Positions 55,354 to 60,015 of a DNA stretch of 60,015 bases are shown here, in pieces. The translations under genes and the position numbers were made by a program. How positions within the stretch are numbered: the first letter of the stretch is position 1; the number at the start of each line of letters is the position of its first letter. Origin of the DNA: a virus (taxonomy: Duplodnaviria > Caudoviricetes); the IMG/VR virus record IMGVR_UViG_3300044621_001273, positions 1 through 60,015 of that record. One strand, given 5' to 3'. A model generated the notes under the pieces. The model saw only the letters and a list, made by a program, of their open reading frames with translations. It did no database searches and was not told the DNA's origin.

Positions 55354-55474
55354 ATACTTTCCTTAACTTGGGGCTATCTGTAGCCAGCATAGGCTGGGGA
55401 AATAGGTAGCCAACAATGCGTCTTTTTGTTAATGGCTAGTTAGGACGCTCCAGAGCTAGCCTTGCTATTGTAGG

Positions 55475-57925
55475 TTATTTAGAGGCGGCGATGCCTTTAC
55501 CTTTCTTTTTCTTGGCTGGGTATTGGCGCTTTGCTACTAAGCCGCCTTTGGCTGCTCCAAAAGGACCAGCAGGACCATCAAAAGAAGCAGAGAAAGGATC
55601 TGGTGTTGACTCCGGAGTACCAACACTGCTTTCAGTACCCCCGCCTCCTCTATCAATCATGTCTTGTCTTGCCTGTGCTTCAACGACAGCTTTATTTGTT
55701 GCTGTGTTAATATCAACACCAGAATTAACGTCTGAAAGAACCCTAGAAGCTGCTTTTCTTGCAATCTCATCGTTAACAACACCTGCATTTTGTACAGCAC
55801 TATATACAGTGCTAACAATAGATTGTTGTTCGTTGAAAGGAAGCCCTGGTGTTCTTGTTTCAACAGGAGCAGGAGGCTGTTCCTTACCCTTTAAAAACGC
55901 CGCTGCTTTTTGAGCAAGAGCAACCCCAGGGATAACAAAAGGAGCAGCTTTAGTTAGAAATGTATTGACTTTTCCTAACTGTTCATCTCTTTTTGCCGCT
56001 TCCTCAGGCGTCAAATCTCTACCAAGTTGCGGAGTATCGCTATACCCATAATCATCTTGTGTAGGCTTCTTCTTCTTAGCTTCTTCCTCATCAGCAGCTT
56101 GTCCAACCTTCTGCGCCTCTTCAGCACTCACTTGTGTGAAGCCTTCAGGAATAGGCGTCATAGGCTTACCATTGATGTGCGTAATGAACATCGTGGCACC
56201 TTCTTTGTTCTTGTAATAGCGAACATCAAAGGCAGGATTCTTAGGAGCCTTTGTCAAGTCTGTGCCGCTGCCGACATAGCCGCCAAAGGCCATCTTCATC
56301 TGATCATCGACATCACCGCCGTTGTTCTCGTTTTCCACTTCACCGAGGATGTCATCAATCTCACTCTCAAAGCCATCGTCTTCATAGGTGCTGTTGGACT
56401 CTTCACCAACTTCATCAGCATTGCCCATCTGACCAATGTCAGACATGCGTTGAATGCCTTTCTTGGCTTCATCACGCATTTTCATCAGGCGTTCTAGACC
56501 GATGAAGCGAACGACATCAGCGGGAATAACAAACTCACCTGGCGACAACTTAGCGTCTACGTCATCCCTGACTTCCTCAGGAAGAGAGCCGACAGGCACT
56601 TCGTTGCCGCTGACAGGATCGACGTTCATGCCTCCTTCTTGGAAGCCTGGGATAGTTGGTTTCATCATTCCACCTTTTGCAAATGTAGGACTAGTTTCGT
56701 CTTCAGGTTTTACTTTAAAAATAGGATCGTCTGGAACTGTTGTTTTAGCTTTTTTGGCAAGAACTAGAGGCCCTACTTGTATTACTTCTTCAGCAGATAT
56801 CACAGGAAAACCTGAAGACTTATCATAAAAATAACTGGCTCTATACGGATTCATCCCTACTTGTGACCACTCTTTATTATTCATGACTGTTTCTGCGTAT
56901 TCTTTGGCTTTTGCAGGATCATGTGGAACCCACTCTCCAAAAATACGAGCAATAGTGGCTTTCCCCATTCTTCCACCGCTAGCTAAAGGTTTTCTTCTAG
57001 CAATATCTAAAGCTGTCTTAGGATCGCTCTTAAATTCAACATCTTTCAATACGGCTGTTTTTGCATATCCAATAGCATTTCCAGACTTTTTAGTGCCGTC
57101 ATGAAGACTAACAATCCACGTATCGTAGTCATTATATGCTGGTATGTCTAATCTAGATGCAACCTTTGTCCCAGCCTCCAGTTTTAAATTAACTCCAACA
57201 ATACCTGTTTTTACTTGAGAGTCTTTAAGAGCACTGGCAATATCTTCAAACGAGGGCATGTCTGGAACTTTGTCAAAAGGTTTAATTGGTTGTTTTTCTA
57301 CAGACAAAGCCCTAAACTCAGTAGGAGAAATTTGTTTGTTATATAGTTTTTCAGCCGCATCTTCTATTTCTGGTAAAAGACTAGAACGCTGCTCAACTTT
57401 GCGAGAACTCCTCCACTGTTCTTTTTTTTCTGGTGTTATATTAAGAGCTTCAAAAACATCTTGCCCTTCTTTAGCAAGTTTTTTTGGTTCTGTTCCAAAT
57501 TTAGAAACGACATCATTAGCTTCTCTAACCAACAAACCTGATTTCTCTAGCCCAGAACCAACATCACCAACACCAGCCAAACCAACACCGGCCTTGCCCA
57601 CTTTAGGCACACCAGCCAACATAGCCAAATCAGCAACTTGTTGTTTTCTTCCTGCTTTCATTTCAGGCACATACGACGCTGTTCTACCAGCAAGCGGGTT
57701 AATACGCATAGGCATATTGCCATAGCTCATTTCATTTAGTTCTTCAGGGGCTTTTCCAAGAACTAAAGAACCTAGTCCTTGTCCTCCAATTAGAGGAACA
57801 GACTCAGGAACTTGTGCTTTATCTGCAAAATTTCTAGCAGCCATTAAAGCATCAGCAATGATTCCCATTCGCTCACTACGTGGCGTTGGTTTCATCTCTG
57901 CTTCTTTACGATCACCTAGTGGCAT
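55475..57925 (-). CDS. Multidomain head-associated protein with four xxxGG motifs
   Basis: 816 aa; AT-rich central domain; DDVDAKLSPGEFVIPADVVRFIG domain; FAKGG, FQEGG, MAFGG, AAKGG. Confidence 0.75.
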   Translation of the reverse strand: MPLGDRKEAEMKPTPRSERMGIIADALMAARNFADKAQVPESVPLIGGQGLGSLVLGKAPEELNEMSYGNMPMRINPLAGRTASYVPEMKAGRKQQVADLAMLAGVPKVGKAGVGLAGVGDVGSGLEKSGLLVREANDVVSKFGTEPKKLAKEGQDVFEALNITPEKKEQWRSSRKVEQRSSLLPEIEDAAEKLYNKQISPTEFRALSVEKQPIKPFDKVPDMPSFEDIASALKDSQVKTGIVGVNLKLEAGTKVASRLDIPAYNDYDTWIVSLHDGTKKSGNAIGYAKTAVLKDVEFKSDPKTALDIARRKPLASGGRMGKATIARIFGEWVPHDPAKAKEYAETVMNNKEWSQVGMNPYRASYFYDKSSGFPVISAEEVIQVGPLVLAKKAKTTVPDDPIFKVKPEDETSPTFAKGGMMKPTIPGFQEGGMNVDPVSGNEVPVGSLPEEVRDDVDAKLSPGEFVIPADVVRFIGLERLMKMRDEAKKGIQRMSDIGQMGNADEVGEESNSTYEDDGFESEIDDILGEVENENNGGDVDDQMKMAFGGYVGSGTDLTKAPKNPAFDVRYYKNKEGATMFITHINGKPMTPIPEGFTQVSAEEAQKVGQAADEEEAKKKKPTQDDYGYSDTPQLGRDLTPEEAAKRDEQLGKVNTFLTKAAPFVIPGVALAQKAAAFLKGKEQPPAPVETRTPGLPFNEQQSIVSTVYSAVQNAGVVNDEIARKAASRVLSDVNSGVDINTATNKAVVEAQARQDMIDRGGGGTESSVGTPESTPDPFSASFDGPAGPFGAAKGGLVAKRQYPAKKKKGKGIAASK

Positions 57926-58133
57926 GTTGTATCTCTTCCTTCAAATACTTAAGCTGCTTGAGAGCTTGAATAAAGCCTTGTGCTCTGTAGATGTCAAGAG
58001 GCTCATGACTTTGTTCCATCTTCTTATGTTGCAGACTAATGGAATAGTTCAACATGTCGTCAAACGCTTCCCACATCTGCGTATCAGTCATACGTGTTAG
58101 CTTCTTAAGCCACGGCTTTTCTTGTGTTGTCAC
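57912..58133 (-). CDS. Small conserved protein downstream of the portal
   Basis: IYRAQG...LKQLKYLKEEI; GTGA overlap with the portal stop. Confidence 0.7.
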   Translation of the reverse strand: MTTQEKPWLKKLTRMTDTQMWEAFDDMLNYSISLQHKKMEQSHEPLDIYRAQGFIQALKQLKYLKEEIQHATR

Positions 58134-60015
58134 TGAGGTGCTCCCATTGTGGGAGGCGCAGCGCTAAAGCCTTGTTCACCCGGTGTAGCAGCAGCACCAA
58201 CACCAATGTTGCCACCACCCCCGCCTGTCATGTCAGACGGCGGAGGAGCGCCACCACCCGCTGCTGGAGCCTGCTGAGCCGGCGGTGCAGGCGGGTTCAT
58301 CTTCTGAAGAATAAAGGCTTGCTTAGCCGCCTCGTCCATGTTGTTAGACACCAAGTCAGGGTCCAAATCCATAGCTTTAGCAATTTCTCTGACGATGTAG
58401 GGGAACTTGGCAAAGGGAGCAAGAATGGGGTTCTGCACCACTTGCAAGAACTGAAGCAGACGTTGACTTCTGACCTCATTAGCTAGAAGCGATTCCGTTC
58501 CCCGTGCCTTCACCTCAAGATCACCAACAATATCCGGCGTAGGGTCAAACTGCATGTTGAAGGCGAAGAAGGACTCACCCAACGGACGCAGCAGATAGTC
58601 ATCAACGTTCTTAATCACTGTCTTGATGCTGCCGCTTGCAGCAGACATCAACATAGAGATGCCAGAGGCTGTTCTACCAACACCAGAGACACCAGTTTGT
58701 CCGTGTGCAAACGAAGGCAATCCTGTTGACTCATCAGCTAAAACACGAGCCTTATCAAACAGTTGCAAATTTTGAGCAGCTACGTTAGGAAACTGTGTTC
58801 CGAAGATGGCTTGACCTGGAGCACCGCCTTGACGACGGAACACCTTACCTGGATATACAGTGAGGTCTTGGCCGGGCACAAGGTTGGTCTCGTCCACCTC
58901 CAGCACCAGATTGCCAGACAGCACAGCATTGTCCACAGCCAGCCTCATGAAGCCATTCATCAGCGTTTGGCTATCATCCATGTTCTCAGCAACACCAACG
59001 CCAAAGAACGAGTATGGATTGAGTTCATATGGCACAGCATAGTAGGGAATGCGGGCAGGCTTGAACGGATTGATAACAAGCCTGATCACCTTGCCTTGGC
59101 TATACCAGATGTTGGCTTGAACTTCGACAGCGTCCTTCAATTCCTTGGGAACATCAATGTCGTTCTCTTCCAACATCTCAACATCAACAGAGCCCCAAAA
59201 CTCCAATACTTCCCAACGCTCCACTTCAGCGACAGGTGAATAGTCATTGAGATCGTCTTCCCACCATTCCTTGATGTAATTAGGCCCTTCGTTAATAAGG
59301 TTGTCAATGACTTTGTTACGGAACATTGGACGCTTCTTTAGAGCTAACAACTGAGACTTGCTCAGCTTGTGACGCTCGATAAAGTAGCCGCATTCGTCCA
59401 TGTTGGTAGCATCTGGATCAGGATAGCTATTGAATATGCTGACATGAGACGTCTGCGGCATAGTTTTGATGATGGGCTCATAGCCACCATCAGTGTTCCA
59501 CTTGGGATATTCTTTGTCTACAGCAAAGGGGCCTTTCATAACACCTGTGCCAAACAACGCCATTTCAAACGCTGTAGCACGCAGATGCTTGCTAGCACCA
59601 CTCTCCTCAAGTTGGTCCTTAATCTTCTTCTCCATCTTCTTAGCCGCTACCATTGCAGGGCTGAAGGTGATGGAGGTTGGTGTCTGTCCTGCCCCTTCCT
59701 TGACATCCAAGCCCTCAAGCGATTGCTTCAGAGGACCAAGACGCTCCATAAGGCTCTGTGGTGTTGCACCAGGAGGAAGCTCTTTGCCGTCTCCTTTATA
59801 GCCAAACAGAGCCCCTAAATCGGGCTCAGGAGCGCTTTGTTGGCCTTGTGCAGCCTGGGGGTTGGTGTCAATGTGAACGTGCTCTGCAACGCCTTCTGGT
59901 AGCGTTGTAGGCTCTACAGACAACGGGAAGCTGTTGTTAGCCAGCAGCACCTCGGTGATTTGTCCGTATGCTGCCAGAGTCTTTACCTTCGTAATCTTGA
60001 GGAAGACACGGCTCT
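58130..60015 (-). CDS. Portal protein, C-terminal part
   Basis: LFGTGVMKGP, YPDP, PYE.NPYSFFGVG, DNAVLSGN, P/G-rich tail; frame runs off the window end. Confidence 0.92.
   Translation of the reverse strand, partial: SRVFLKITKVKTLAAYGQITEVLLANNSFPLSVEPTTLPEGVAEHVHIDTNPQAAQGQQSAPEPDLGALFGYKGDGKELPPGATPQSLMERLGPLKQSLEGLDVKEGAGQTPTSITFSPAMVAAKKMEKKIKDQLEESGASKHLRATAFEMALFGTGVMKGPFAVDKEYPKWNTDGGYEPIIKTMPQTSHVSIFNSYPDPDATNMDECGYFIERHKLSKSQLLALKKRPMFRNKVIDNLINEGPNYIKEWWEDDLNDYSPVAEVERWEVLEFWGSVDVEMLEENDIDVPKELKDAVEVQANIWYSQGKVIRLVINPFKPARIPYYAVPYELNPYSFFGVGVAENMDDSQTLMNGFMRLAVDNAVLSGNLVLEVDETNLVPGQDLTVYPGKVFRRQGGAPGQAIFGTQFPNVAAQNLQLFDKARVLADESTGLPSFAHGQTGVSGVGRTASGISMLMSAASGSIKTVIKNVDDYLLRPLGESFFAFNMQFDPTPDIVGDLEVKARGTESLLANEVRSQRLLQFLQVVQNPILAPFAKFPYIVREIAKAMDLDPDLVSNNMDEAAKQAFILQKMNPPAPPAQQAPAAGGGAPPPSDMTGGGGGNIGVGAAATPGEQGFSAAPPTMGAPQ

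Noticed and set aside
59869-60015. 147-bp end repeat as a biological direct terminal repeat
   Set aside because: It lies in the middle of the portal CDS, which fits an assembly overlap better.

Overview
The window is an apparently complete (circularly permuted) genome of about 59.87 kb from a short-tailed dsDNA phage. The last 147 nt repeat the first 147 nt, and the portal gene runs across that join. It has two divergent halves separated by a ~1.5-kb non-coding control region (about 7170-8710). The + strand (8.7-31.6 kb) carries early genes, a tyrosine integrase, T7-like replication genes (primase-helicase, family-A DNA polymerase, SSB, exonuclease), nucleotide-metabolism genes (ThyX, class II RNR, MazG-like, PhoH), two C5 DNA methyltransferase loci and three tRNAs. 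The - strand carries packaging, head, tail, lysis and internal-virion genes. I found no phage RNA polymerase. Capsid sequence and gene order resemble HMO-2011-like podoviruses from memory, and a betaproteobacterial host is a weak inference. Main observations: (1) an ORF-less 294-nt group I intron splits the major capsid gene; (2) a shared (F/M/Y)-(A/N/Q)-x-G-G peptide occurs about 10 times in six late proteins, one of which also has a candidate tag-associated domain and an AT-rich cargo domain; (3) an HNH gene inserted at the start of the giant tail-fibre gene leaves it with an apparent AUC start; (4) an H-type pseudoknot lies just upstream of ssb; (5) a C5 methyltransferase is encoded by two fully overlapping frames; (6) the control region has divergent sigma-54-type boxes, an IHF box and repeat arrays; (7) tRNA-Thr has a long variable arm. 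All product calls come from motif recognition by eye. No database searches were run.
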